Shown here: positions 30,831-42,544 of the stretch, in pieces
Numbering within the stretch: the stretch's first letter is position 1
Layout of the letters: each line of letters opens with the position of its first letter
Assembly: GCA_963975575.1 (NCBI GenBank)
Contig: CAXBHL010000001.1
Coordinates: 717,032-781,031, forward strand
Direction of reading: 5' to 3'
DNA from: an uncultured Phycisphaerales bacterium
GTDB lineage: Bacteria; Planctomycetota; Phycisphaerae; Phycisphaerales; UBA1924
Length of the DNA stretch: 64,000 nucleotides
Translations under genes and position numbers: made by a program
Notes under the pieces: model-generated
Databases searched by the model: none
What the model saw: only the letters and a program-made list of their open reading frames with translations
Told to the model about the DNA's origin: nothing

Positions 30831-31376
30831 ATGAAGAGGTACGCAGAGGTCGCCGAGATCACGCAGAGGACACGGAGGAAATCAGTTTACATTCCGGCCC
30901 TGAGTTCGTTCGGCTATTCTGCCGTCATGCGTCCGACCGAAGAGACTGCTCAATCCAAGCCTGTCTGGGAGGTCCACGCGCGGCCGATCAACGCGTCTCA
31001 TGAACCGTGGCGTGTCATGCGGGTTGAGGCCCGGTCGGCGATCCAGGCGCAGGCGATTCTCCGACGGCGTGGGTATGAGATGGCGCTTGAGTCCGCAGTT
31101 CGCTCTGTCGGGCCGGGGCAGGTGATCCCGCCGGCCGAACTCAAGCAACTCGCGTGCGCGTCCTGCGGCTACGAGCTCGCAGGCCTGACGATCGAAAAGG
31201 CCTCGGTGTGTTGTCCTGAGTGCTCGTTCCAGCAGCCACTCATGGTCTGGGACCCCGACTTGGCGGCAGGCAGGCCTCAAACAGGCTGCGTGACGCAGGT
31301 CCTGGCGATCTTTGGGTTTCTCACGATTGTGCTCATTCTGTTCATCATCATGGCGGGCGTCTTTGGCTGGTTCTAG
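30831..31376 (+). CDS. Hypothetical zinc-ribbon protein with a C-terminal TM helix
   Basis: CASCGYELAG...CCPEC motif followed by a TM segment. Start ATG 30831 is preceded by GGGAGGGGG. ATG 30927 is an alternative. Divergent from ffh. Confidence 0.5.
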   Translation: MKRYAEVAEITQRTRRKSVYIPALSSFGYSAVMRPTEETAQSKPVWEVHARPINASHEPWRVMRVEARSAIQAQAILRRRGYEMALESAVRSVGPGQVIPPAELKQLACASCGYELAGLTIEKASVCCPECSFQQPLMVWDPDLAAGRPQTGCVTQVLAIFGFLTIVLILFIIMAGVFGWF

Positions 31377-31436
31377 CCCCCGAAGTATTCTGGCTCAACG
31401 AAAGGGGCGACCGGAAACCGGCCGCCCCGTGGCGAG

Positions 31437-32564
31437 TCACACCTGCTTGAAGCCCGCGATCAGCCCCTTGATCTGGTCGGCCAGGTCGCCGGGGCCGAGC
31501 ACGAAGCTGGCGTTCGTGCCCGCCAGGATCTCGCGGAGCATCTCCAGTTCCTTGAACCGGGCCAGGACCGGGTTCTCGGCCAGGAGCTTGGCGGTGTTGG
31601 CCTGGCTGCGGGCCGCGGCCGTCTCCTCACGACGGCGGATCAGCTCGGCCTGGGCCCGCTTCTCCGCCTCGATCACCTGGTTGAAGATGGTCCGCATCTC
31701 GCCGGGCAGGATGATGTCGCGCAGGCCCACCGCGCCCAGTTCGAGCCCAAGCTCGGCCGCCCGGGCCTTGAGGGCCTCACGCACCTCGGACGAGACCGTC
31801 TCCTTGTCGGAGAGCAGCTTGTCGATGGGGCGCGACCCGACCGACTCGCGCAGGGCGAGCTGGGCGGAGCGGTAGAGCGCCTGGCCGGCGTCGCTGGTCA
31901 GCGAGAGGGCCTTCCCGATGTCGGTCACGCGGTAGTGGACCAGCATGCTGACCCGCAGCGTGACCTTGTCGGCGGTCAGGATCTCCTGGCCGGCGACCTC
32001 GAGCTGGGTCTCGCGCAGGTCGACCTTGCGCAGGTTGACCTGCCCGACCCCGCGCCAGAACACGTGCCGCCCGGGGCCGAGGCGCTCGGCCACGACCCCG
32101 TTGATCACCAGTTCCGCCCGCTGCTCGGGCTCCACGTCGATGACCTGCAGGTACAGGCCCGAGGAGGGGTGGGCGACGACGGTGTTCAGGTGGCGGTGCT
32201 CGAAGCGCAGCGACCCGATGTCGAACCGCTCAACCTCGATCCTGCCGGCGTCCTTCCAGTACAGGTACTGGCCGGGGCCGATCATCTCGTGCAGGCGGCC
32301 GTCACGCCAGACGATCGCCCGCTCGGTCGCGCCGAGGCGGACGGCGATCAGGTGACGCTCGACGCCGGGGACCAGCGCGATCGCCTCACCCAGCTCGTGG
32401 GTGAAACGCACCTCGCTCAGCGCCCGGACCTCGACGCGCTCGCTGCGCATGGGCAGCAGGTTGCGCCAGGTCCAGCGCACCCCGGGCCCGAGGATCCCGG
32501 CGGCGTTGCCGTCGCGGAACAGGACGCCCCGCTCGTGATTTCGGATTCGGACTCGCACGGTCAT
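31437..32564 (-). CDS. SPFH/band-7 (stomatin/HflC-like) domain protein
   Basis: 375 aa. SPFH core followed by a coiled-coil Ala/Glu-rich region. GGAGG lies 8 nt upstream. Confidence 0.8.
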   Translation of the reverse strand: MTVRVRIRNHERGVLFRDGNAAGILGPGVRWTWRNLLPMRSERVEVRALSEVRFTHELGEAIALVPGVERHLIAVRLGATERAIVWRDGRLHEMIGPGQYLYWKDAGRIEVERFDIGSLRFEHRHLNTVVAHPSSGLYLQVIDVEPEQRAELVINGVVAERLGPGRHVFWRGVGQVNLRKVDLRETQLEVAGQEILTADKVTLRVSMLVHYRVTDIGKALSLTSDAGQALYRSAQLALRESVGSRPIDKLLSDKETVSSEVREALKARAAELGLELGAVGLRDIILPGEMRTIFNQVIEAEKRAQAELIRRREETAAARSQANTAKLLAENPVLARFKELEMLREILAGTNASFVLGPGDLADQIKGLIAGFKQV

Positions 32565-32953
32565 GACCCACCTCCTCTGGTTGGGCCGGCGCGGGAGACG
32601 GTCCCGCGCGGGAAAAGGGAAAGAACGGGTTTCAAAGCCGCCCGGCGGCGTCTTCCGCGGCCCGCCCCGCGTTGCTCGGCGGGGGACGGCGGCCCGGCGG
32701 CGGTGTCGGGCGAGCGCACCGATCGCGCGGCCGGCGCGTGCACCGGCGTTGCGATGGGCGGGTTGCCCCTCCTGCCGTCGGGCCGGACCGGCCCTCAGGG
32801 CCGGCGCGGCGGTGTCGTCGGCGTTGTTCGCTCGGGGCGAACCCCGATCGGACGCGGCGTCGGACCGGCGGGCGTTTGGAAGGCCCGCCGCCGAGCGGTG
32901 TTCCGGGCCCGACGCTCGAAAGAGCCGGACCCCATGGAGTGGCCCTTTCGGGC

Positions 32954-33025
32954 CTGATCGTGGCGGGATTCGAACCCGCTACATCAGCGACTTCAACGCT
33001 GTGCTCTGCCAATGAGCTACACGAA
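32954..33025 (-). tRNA. tRNA-Phe (anticodon GAA)
   Basis: Manual fold: acceptor GTTCGTG/CACGATC with one U2-U71 mismatch. D-stem GCTC/GAGC. Anticodon stem CAGCG/CGCTG with loop TTGAAGT. T-stem GCGGG/CCCGC with TTCGAAT loop. CCA is not encoded. A GGCCCGAAAGGGCC hairpin immediately follows the 3' end. Confidence 0.8.
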
Positions 33026-33377
33026 CCAACCGGACGGGTTTCCGATGCCGCGGTGGAACACGCTTGGCGAAACGCGGCGTGCCGCACGGCTTCCCGGCCG
33101 GCGATCGACATGAGACATCCCGCGCGGCGGACGCCGCGTTGGAAGTAGGTCAAAAACAACAAGGCCCCGGGGATCCGGGGCCTGCGACACAAGACCAAAT
33201 AGGTCTGGGGTCAGGCGCCCGGTGGTTGTCCTTCCGAAGATCCGTCGAACCACAACACGCCGAGGCCATGTACGGCCGGCGCGGCGAGTGCGGCGGGATT
33301 GGAGTTGCGGATGAACACGGGACGCTCCTTGTGGGGCATCAAAATAGCCTCTTGCCCCGTGTTGTCAACACTTGTCG

Positions 33378-33410
33378 AAAAAAAGGCGGCGGGCCCTCGC
33401 CCTCCGCCTT
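33378..33410 (-). terminator. Rho-independent terminator of the GH13 gene
   Basis: On the minus strand: AAGGCGGAGGGCGAGGGCCCGCCGCCTT followed by TTTTTTT, 22 nt after the GH13 stop codon. Confidence 0.6.
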
Positions 33411-33431
33411 GGGTGAACTCACGTTTCGGAC

Positions 33432-35603
33432 TCAGTCCTTGGACAGGATGATCACTGTGTATGGCCCGATCCCGACGTTGCCGTTGTAGCTCATGCCGTC
33501 CTTGGTCCCCGAAACGGCCGTGGTGTTGTAGGCGTTCCAGTTGCCGAAGGCGCTGTCGTAGCCGTTCCAGTCTGAGTTGAAGCGGACCTTCCAGGTACCG
33601 GCGCTGGGGAAGCCGATGTTGTAGCTCGAGTAACCCGTCCCCGAGAAGTTGGCGACCACGATGACGTCGTCTCCGTTGCCGCCGTTGTCCCAGCGATGGA
33701 ACGCGACGAGCTTGTTGGTGTTGTTGACGTGGTGCACGTTGACGCCGTTGCCGCGGAGCCCGGCGGTCTTGCCGGTCCCGTTCTTGCGCAGGGTAATCAG
33801 GTCCGTGTACATGGCGACGATGCCGGCGTAGGTGGTGGCCTTGGCCCAGTCGAGCGGGTCGGTGTCCTGGAAGTAGGTGTCCTCGAGGAACTCCTGGCCC
33901 TGGAAGATCATGGGGATGCCCGGACTGGTAAAGACCAGCGCCGCGCCCAACGTGGACCGCTTCTTGGAGTACCAGCTCCCGGCGTTGCCCGGCCAGATCT
34001 CCTCGGGCACGCGGGCGTGGCCGTTGGCGACCTCGTCGTGGCTCTCGGTGTAGATAACCCGCTTCAGGCGATCGCCGTTGTCGATCTTGGCGATGGCGTC
34101 GCGAACGGCAAACATGTCCCTGTTGGCGTCGTTGGACTCGATGATGTTGTCCCGGATGGGGTGGACGAAGCCCGCGTCCCATTGCGAGTCGAAGCCCGCG
34201 CCGCCGACGCCGGCGGACTTGGTCAGGTAGTCGTTGTTCTGCAGGTCCTCGGCGATTGAGATCTTCCAGGACGACGCCGAGTCGATCTCGTTGTTGATCC
34301 ACTGCATGAGCGACCAGCCGTCGGGGATGTTCCCGCCGCCTCCGTTGTTCTGGGTGCGGATGTTGACGGTCGAGTCCCAGCGCAGGCCGTCGGCGTTGAA
34401 CTCCTCGAGCCAGTAGAGGGCGTTATCACGCAGGTAGGTGCGCACCTCGCCACGGCCGTAGTCGGGCCGGGTGTCGCCCCACGGGGTCGGTGCCCGCCAG
34501 TCCTGGAAGAAGTAGATGCCGCCGTAGGAACCGGTGGACGATCCGTCGAACCGCCACATGTCCAGATCGCTCGGGCCGAGGTGGTTGTAGACCACGTCGA
34601 CGATGACCGCGATGCCGCGCTGGTGGCATTCGTCCACGAAGTCCTTCATGTCCGTCGGGTCCCCGTAGATACTCTCCGGCGCGAACGGGTGGGCGGGGTT
34701 GTAGCCCCACGAGAAGTCTCCGGCAAACTCGGCGATCGGCAGCACCTCGACGGCGTTGATGCCCATGTCCTCGAGGTGGTCCAGCTTGGAGATGGCGGTC
34801 TGCCATGTGCCGGGATTGCCGCCGGCGGTGTCGTTGTAGGTACCGATGTGCATCTCGTAGATCACCAGGTCGTGCCAGCCGGGCATGGAGAACGTGCTCC
34901 AGGTGTAGGTGTGCGGCGCGGTGACGAGAGAGTGTCCGACCGAGTTGGTCACGTCGGTGGCCCGGGGATCGTTCTTCCACAGGCTGCCGTTGATCACGTA
35001 CCAGTAGCCCTCGCTGCGGAGGTCGCCCCCGACGTCGACCGACCAGGTGCCCCCGCCCTCGGCGGCCATGGGGTTGGCGGTGGTGCTCCAGCCGTTGAAC
35101 GATCCGGCGATGGAGACACTGCTGGCGTTGGGGGCCCACACACGGAAGGTAGTATCGCCCGAATCGACCCAGGCGCCCATCCCGGCCTTGGACGAGGCGA
35201 CCAGCGCCGCGGTGTAGGTGTAGTTCGCGCCGCCGTTGTTGTCGTAGATGTGGGCGCCCCAGTCGTCGTACCCGTGGAAGTAGTACTCGACGGTGCTGCC
35301 CGGTGGCACGGTGGCGCCCGGGGTGTAGTTCCAGACCGAGTTGCCGGAGGCGTGGCCAGCGTAGCTCATCTGATGGGTGGTCCACGCGCCGCCGTCGATG
35401 CGGACGCCGATCTCGGCGTGCAGGCCGTAGTAGTCCTGATTCATCAGGACGGTGTACGTGCCGGCGTTGGCGCCGTCGTGGCGCTGGTATGCGCCGTAGA
35501 CGCCGATCCAACTCGGTGCGGCTTCGACGGCCCCGGCCAACGCGACGAGCGCAATACAAGCCGCCGCCCCCTGGGGGCGGTTGAACATCCAGTTTCCGAT
35601 CAT
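33432..35603 (-). CDS. Secreted glycoside hydrolase family 13 (alpha-amylase superfamily) enzyme with an N-terminal carbohydrate-binding/Ig-like domain
   Basis: Signal peptide. GH13 motifs GINAVEVLPIAEF, DVVYNHLGP and GLRWDS. 723 aa. Confidence 0.85.
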   Translation of the reverse strand: MIGNWMFNRPQGAAACIALVALAGAVEAAPSWIGVYGAYQRHDGANAGTYTVLMNQDYYGLHAEIGVRIDGGAWTTHQMSYAGHASGNSVWNYTPGATVPPGSTVEYYFHGYDDWGAHIYDNNGGANYTYTAALVASSKAGMGAWVDSGDTTFRVWAPNASSVSIAGSFNGWSTTANPMAAEGGGTWSVDVGGDLRSEGYWYVINGSLWKNDPRATDVTNSVGHSLVTAPHTYTWSTFSMPGWHDLVIYEMHIGTYNDTAGGNPGTWQTAISKLDHLEDMGINAVEVLPIAEFAGDFSWGYNPAHPFAPESIYGDPTDMKDFVDECHQRGIAVIVDVVYNHLGPSDLDMWRFDGSSTGSYGGIYFFQDWRAPTPWGDTRPDYGRGEVRTYLRDNALYWLEEFNADGLRWDSTVNIRTQNNGGGGNIPDGWSLMQWINNEIDSASSWKISIAEDLQNNDYLTKSAGVGGAGFDSQWDAGFVHPIRDNIIESNDANRDMFAVRDAIAKIDNGDRLKRVIYTESHDEVANGHARVPEEIWPGNAGSWYSKKRSTLGAALVFTSPGIPMIFQGQEFLEDTYFQDTDPLDWAKATTYAGIVAMYTDLITLRKNGTGKTAGLRGNGVNVHHVNNTNKLVAFHRWDNGGNGDDVIVVANFSGTGYSSYNIGFPSAGTWKVRFNSDWNGYDSAFGNWNAYNTTAVSGTKDGMSYNGNVGIGPYTVIILSKD

Positions 35604-35850
35604 GGTGTGACTCCCTCAGTCGGTTCTGCGCGGACTCAATCGCCCGGCTGATGCAACGTACCGATTTCGTCTCACGATCACAAGCGGTGCGCGTTCAAAT
35701 CGAAGCAAATGTGGAAAACCGGTTTCGTAACCCGACCCAGCCGCGCACAAACGGTCAGTCTGGAACGGTGTAATGAAGCAAACTTCACGAATGCTTCTAG
35801 AACCACCGGATTGCAGGCAAAAGCGACCGGCCTCGCGCTCGGTTGCGCGA

Positions 35851-36840
35851 TCACGCACCGAACACGGCGGCAACCCGGCTCGAGTCGAGGACTCGCTCGA
35901 TCAGGTTGACCCGTTCGGGTGGCATTCGATCCTTCCAGGCGGCGGCGATCTCGGAGGATCGCTCCGTCTCTTGCCGGATCAGATCCCGCATCGCATCGGT
36001 GTACTCCAGGCCGCACATCGCGTAGATCGGCTTCATCACGTCAAGCGGATTCTGCGAGAGATCCTCGAACACCACGGTCGCGTAGCGGGGATGCGCGCTT
36101 CCCGCCAGCAGCATCGCGTCCTGGGCGTGACGCCAGCACCACAGTTTGAGCTCGACGAGGTCCTTGCCTTCCACCGGGCCGCTGACCGCGACAAATGACG
36201 GGTCCAACTGGTGGATGTCTCGGAGGATCTGTCGCTGCCGCTCGAGCAGCCCCTCCTGATCCTGCGTCGGCGCAAACCTTCGCAACCAGGAGTTGAGCAT
36301 CCCGCCGGGATGGCGGACCATATGAACAACCGGAACGTGCTCGGTCTCGGTCAGCAATCGGCAGATGAAATGACGGGCGTTGATCACCTTGAGAACGCGC
36401 TGGGCGCGGGCGACTGCATCCGCGTCGTAAAAGACGCGAGGGAACTTCGCTTCGGGGTGCCGCCCGGTTATCTTTTGAAGAGTACGCGTATAGAGCACGC
36501 GGTCTGCGCGGGAGGTCTTGACCCATCCACGCATGTACGCTTTCGGCTTCGCCGGCGGGCGGTCCACGAAGCCGATGCGCGGGCCGACATCCATGGCGGT
36601 GCGTTCCCATTCCTCCCAACTCGTCGTCGCGGGGTCTTTCAAGGCGGGTGTCATCCGCTCCGGTTCATTCCGACACAGCGTCTCCGGATGAAAATCGAAC
36701 AGCCTGAGCATCCACTTGCTGCCCGACCGCCCGGCACACGTCACGAGCACCAGCCTCGGCCGCTGTGGATAACCGGTCTCCGGAATTCGGGGTTCGTACG
36801 CAGCGGTGGTCTCAACCGGTTTGGGCCCTGCGGTCGTCAT
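35851..36840 (-). CDS. Sulfotransferase family protein
   Basis: PAPS-binding 5'-PSB-like motif CAGRSGSKWM near the N-terminus. 329 aa. Confidence 0.65.
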   Translation of the reverse strand: MTTAGPKPVETTAAYEPRIPETGYPQRPRLVLVTCAGRSGSKWMLRLFDFHPETLCRNEPERMTPALKDPATTSWEEWERTAMDVGPRIGFVDRPPAKPKAYMRGWVKTSRADRVLYTRTLQKITGRHPEAKFPRVFYDADAVARAQRVLKVINARHFICRLLTETEHVPVVHMVRHPGGMLNSWLRRFAPTQDQEGLLERQRQILRDIHQLDPSFVAVSGPVEGKDLVELKLWCWRHAQDAMLLAGSAHPRYATVVFEDLSQNPLDVMKPIYAMCGLEYTDAMRDLIRQETERSSEIAAAWKDRMPPERVNLIERVLDSSRVAAVFGA

Positions 36841-36924
36841 CGTGACTCCTTGCGTGCGGTATGCATCCTAGTTCCTCTCTTGGGGCGGAATGCCGCGGTC
36901 AACGGCATCCATGGTGCATCAGAC

Positions 36925-38718
36925 CTATCGCTTCGACCGCAGCCAGTCGTGCAGCTTCTTCTTCGGCCACGCGTTGACGCAGAGCTCGGGCGTGAGCCAG
37001 CCGCGCTGGGCGGTCATGATGCCGTACCGCAGGTTGTCGTAGTCGCCGGACTGGTGCACGTCGCAGTCGATGGCGATTTTGCAGCCGGCTTCGACCGCGG
37101 CCCGCACGTGGGTGTCGCGCAGGTCCAGGCGCATCCAGTGGGCGTTGATCTCCAGGGCCACGTCGTGCTCGATGGCGGCGGCGATCAGCTCGTCCATCGC
37201 CGGCTCGAGGCCCGGTCGGCGTTCGATCAGACGACCGGTCGGGTGGCCGATGATGTGGACCATCGGGTGGGCGATCGCCCTGAGCAGCCGCTTGGTGGCC
37301 TGGGCCGGTTTGGCCTTGAGCCCGGCGTGCGGCGAGGCGACCACCACGTCCAGCTCCGCCAGCAGGTCGTCGTCGTAGTCCAGCGTGCCGTCGACCAGGA
37401 TGTCCACCTCGCTGCCGGCCAGCAGCGTGATGCCGTCGATGGACCTGTCCGCCGCGCGCACCGCTTTGATATGCTCGCGGAGCCGGTCCGGGCTCAGGCC
37501 GTTGGCGACCGCGGACGACTTGGAGTGGTCGGTGATGGCGAGGGTGTGGAAGCCCCGTTCCTTCGCGATGGCGGCCGATTCCTCGATGCTCATGTCGCCG
37601 TCGGAGGCGGTGGTGTGCGAGTGCAGCTCCGCCTTGATATCCGCGATCTCGATGCACTTTCCGGGGGGCGGCGCAGCGGAAGACAACTCTCCGCGATCCT
37701 CGCGCAGAGTTGGGGCGATGTACGCCAGGCCGAGCGCCTTGTAGATCGATTCCTCGGTCTTGGCGGCCACGGGCTTCACGCCTCGGTCCTGGGGCGGCGT
37801 GGCGTCGGACTTGTCCTCGGGAAACAGGCCGTACTCGTTGAGCGTCATGCCCTCGGAGAGCGCCCGCTCGCGGAGGCGCACGTTGTGTTCTTTGGATCCG
37901 GTGAAATACATCAGTGCCGCGCCCCAGGCCTCCTCCGGCACAATGCGCAGATCGGCCTGCACGGCGGCGTTGGCATCGCCGCCGAAGCGGCCCTCGAGCC
38001 CCTCCAGCGAGAGCCGGACCGAGCTCTTGTGCTCGCCCCGCGCGAGCACCTTGATAACCGACCCGTGCTCGCAGAACGCGGCGCGGGCCGCTTCGGGGTC
38101 GGTGGTGGTGATGAGGATGTCGATGTCACCGATCGATTCCTTGCCCCGGCGCAGCGACCCCGCGAAGGTGCAGTCGGACACGCCCGGCAGTTCCTTCATG
38201 CGGCCGACGAGTGCCTCGGCGATCGGCATGGCAACGCCGATGGGCAGCCGTTGGCCGGAGGACTCACGGAACGCGATGGATTCCTTGATGTTCTCGACCG
38301 TCTTCTCGCCCATCCGAGGCAGGGTCAGGATGCTGCCGTCCTCGATGATCCCTTTGAGATCCGCGATGGATTCGACCTGCTTATCGTCCCACAGCAGCTT
38401 GACGGTCTTGGGACCCAGGCCCTGGATGTCCAGCAGGTCCAGCACGCCCGACGGGACCTTGGCCGCCAGTTCGTCGTGCTCGGCGATCGTGCCGGTCTGG
38501 GCAAACTCGGCGATCTTCGCGGCCGTGCCCTTGCCGATCCCGTCCAGCGCGGTCAGAGCTTTGACATCACGGGCGATCGGTTCGAGGTCGGATGTTGAGT
38601 CCTTGATGACCCGCGCCGCCTTGGCGTGCGCGTTGACGCGGAACCGGTCCGCGCCGGTCAGTTCCAGCATGGCGGCCATGCGGTCGAAGATCGAGGCGAG
38701 TTTGGCGTTGAAGCTCAT
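36925..38718 (-). CDS. polX: DNA polymerase X family protein (PolX) with a C-terminal PHP domain
   Basis: Pol beta-like HhH (GIGKGTAAKI) and nucleotidyltransferase (GSLRRGKESIGDIDIL) motifs. PHP His/Asp motifs (HSHTTASDG, HIIGHP). The start is moved to ATG 38718. Confidence 0.9.
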   Translation of the reverse strand: MSFNAKLASIFDRMAAMLELTGADRFRVNAHAKAARVIKDSTSDLEPIARDVKALTALDGIGKGTAAKIAEFAQTGTIAEHDELAAKVPSGVLDLLDIQGLGPKTVKLLWDDKQVESIADLKGIIEDGSILTLPRMGEKTVENIKESIAFRESSGQRLPIGVAMPIAEALVGRMKELPGVSDCTFAGSLRRGKESIGDIDILITTTDPEAARAAFCEHGSVIKVLARGEHKSSVRLSLEGLEGRFGGDANAAVQADLRIVPEEAWGAALMYFTGSKEHNVRLRERALSEGMTLNEYGLFPEDKSDATPPQDRGVKPVAAKTEESIYKALGLAYIAPTLREDRGELSSAAPPPGKCIEIADIKAELHSHTTASDGDMSIEESAAIAKERGFHTLAITDHSKSSAVANGLSPDRLREHIKAVRAADRSIDGITLLAGSEVDILVDGTLDYDDDLLAELDVVVASPHAGLKAKPAQATKRLLRAIAHPMVHIIGHPTGRLIERRPGLEPAMDELIAAAIEHDVALEINAHWMRLDLRDTHVRAAVEAGCKIAIDCDVHQSGDYDNLRYGIMTAQRGWLTPELCVNAWPKKKLHDWLRSKR

Positions 38719-38746
38719 GACTGATGTTAGGGGAACGGGCGGCCGT

Positions 38747-40893
<2,147 letters not shown>

Positions 40894-40897
<4 letters not shown>

Positions 40898-41286
40898 CGC
40901 TTCCGCCCCAGCCCGAGCGGGTTGTCGTGGGCCGGGCCCTCGTCCCCGGGGGCGAAGCCGCTGGTGTTCACCGCCGGGTCGATCTCCCGCAGGTACGTCC
41001 ACGTGTAGATGCCCGTCACGTGCCCGTCGGAGAACAGGACTTTGATCGCGTAGTTCCCGACCAGCTCGGCCCCGGTCGCAACGAGGGGACCGCCGCCGCC
41101 CTTTCCGGGCGGCAGCACCGTCAGCGGGTTGGCCCGGATCTGCTTCCGGAGTTCACGCGCGTCTGCCGACGGCGACATCCGGCGGAGATGGGCGATGGGG
41201 TAGTACGATCGCACGCCGTCGGACCAGACGATGGTCAGCCCCTCGTCCTTCTTCAGATCCAGTTCCGCGGGCGTGACGGGTTCCAT
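40894..41286 (-). CDS. DUF971 family protein (gamma-butyrobetaine hydroxylase-like N-terminal domain)
   Basis: 130 aa. Translationally coupled to recG. Confidence 0.6.
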
Positions 41287-41320
41287 GATCCAAGTTTAGT
41301 GTTTAGTAGGGGTCCGATCC

Positions 41321-42211
41321 ATGACCAACCCGGGCACTTCATCATCCACCGCACACCGCGCCGACGCCCTCGCACGGGCCGTCGATGTCGCGGGATCCCC
41401 CGCCTGCGTGGGGCTGGACCCGGTGCTGGCCTCGATCCCCGCGTCGGTCCGCGAAGATGCCGAATCACAGACAGAAGCCGTCGAGCGGTTCTGCGTGGGC
41501 GTGCTTGAGGCGGTGGTGGGAGTGGCGGGGGTGGTCAAGCCGCAGTCGGCGTGCTTCGAGCGGTTCGGCTCCGCAGGCTACGCCGTGCTCGAGCGGGTGG
41601 TGACCCGCGCCAAGGAACTCGGATTCGTGGTCATCCTGGACGCCAAGCGGGGCGACATCGGCTCGTCCGCCGAGCACTACGCCGCCGGCGCGGCCGCCAT
41701 GGGTGCCGACTGGATCACGGTGAGTCCTTATATGGGCCCGTCCACGATCGAACCGTTCCTGGAGGCCGGGCTGGGGGTGTTCGCCCTCTGCCGGACCAGC
41801 AACCCGGACTCCGACCGGCTCCAGTGCCTGCCCACAGGCGACGCGACACTGGCCGACCGCACGGCCGAGATGATCCGGGACATGGGGGCCGCCCGGGTCG
41901 GGTCCGCGGGGCTCTCGGCGCTCGGGGCGGTGGTCGGGGCAACCAAGTCCGGCGAGGACGGAGCCCGCCTTCGGGCGCGGATGCCCGAGCAGATCCTCCT
42001 CGTTCCGGGCGTCGGCGCCCAGGGCGGAACGGCCTCGGAGGTCATCCCGCTCGTCCGATCGGACGCTCGGTCAACCGGCACCTCGGGCGTGGTCGTCAAC
42101 GCCTCCCGGTCCGTGCTCTACCCCAAGGGCGCCGCGGGTCTTTCCTGGCAGGGGGCCGTTCGAGCTGCGGCCGAGCAGTTCGCGGCCTCCCTTCGCGTCC
42201 TTGATTCCTGA
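41321..42211 (+). CDS. pyrF: Orotidine 5'-phosphate decarboxylase (type 2, long form)
   Basis: ILDAKRGDIGSSAEHYA motif. 296 aa. Confidence 0.85.
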   Translation: MTNPGTSSSTAHRADALARAVDVAGSPACVGLDPVLASIPASVREDAESQTEAVERFCVGVLEAVVGVAGVVKPQSACFERFGSAGYAVLERVVTRAKELGFVVILDAKRGDIGSSAEHYAAGAAAMGADWITVSPYMGPSTIEPFLEAGLGVFALCRTSNPDSDRLQCLPTGDATLADRTAEMIRDMGAARVGSAGLSALGAVVGATKSGEDGARLRARMPEQILLVPGVGAQGGTASEVIPLVRSDARSTGTSGVVVNASRSVLYPKGAAGLSWQGAVRAAAEQFAASLRVLDS

Positions 42212-42544
42212 CTCGGCCAGTTGCCACAGAACGCCCGATAACCGCGAGCCGGTTTGGGCGTTCGGCTTCGGTATCGTCAGGGATCCATTGGGTGTCCGCG
42301 CTGGTGTCCGATAATCAGAGCCTTCTTCGACTCGAACGGGTGCACACTGACCTGAGTTCGGTCCTGTTCGTTTCGCCGCTCAAACCGGGGATGATCTTAT
42401 CAGGCTTATGCCGGGGGCCGACTTCCCTACGAATCGGCAAGTTTCTCCACGAATTGTGATCGAACACTCTTGCAGTGAGCCCAAGAACGGGGTATTCTCT
42501 CCGTTGACCGGGCACTTTTCCCGGGATCTACATGGGAGAGAGAT

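Noticed and set aside
32565-32953. Arg-rich ORFs (32563..33015 plus strand, 32632..33198 minus strand) in the SPFH / tRNA-Phe intergenic region
   Set aside because: No coding character. They overlap the tRNA. They are more likely a GC-rich promoter or terminator region.
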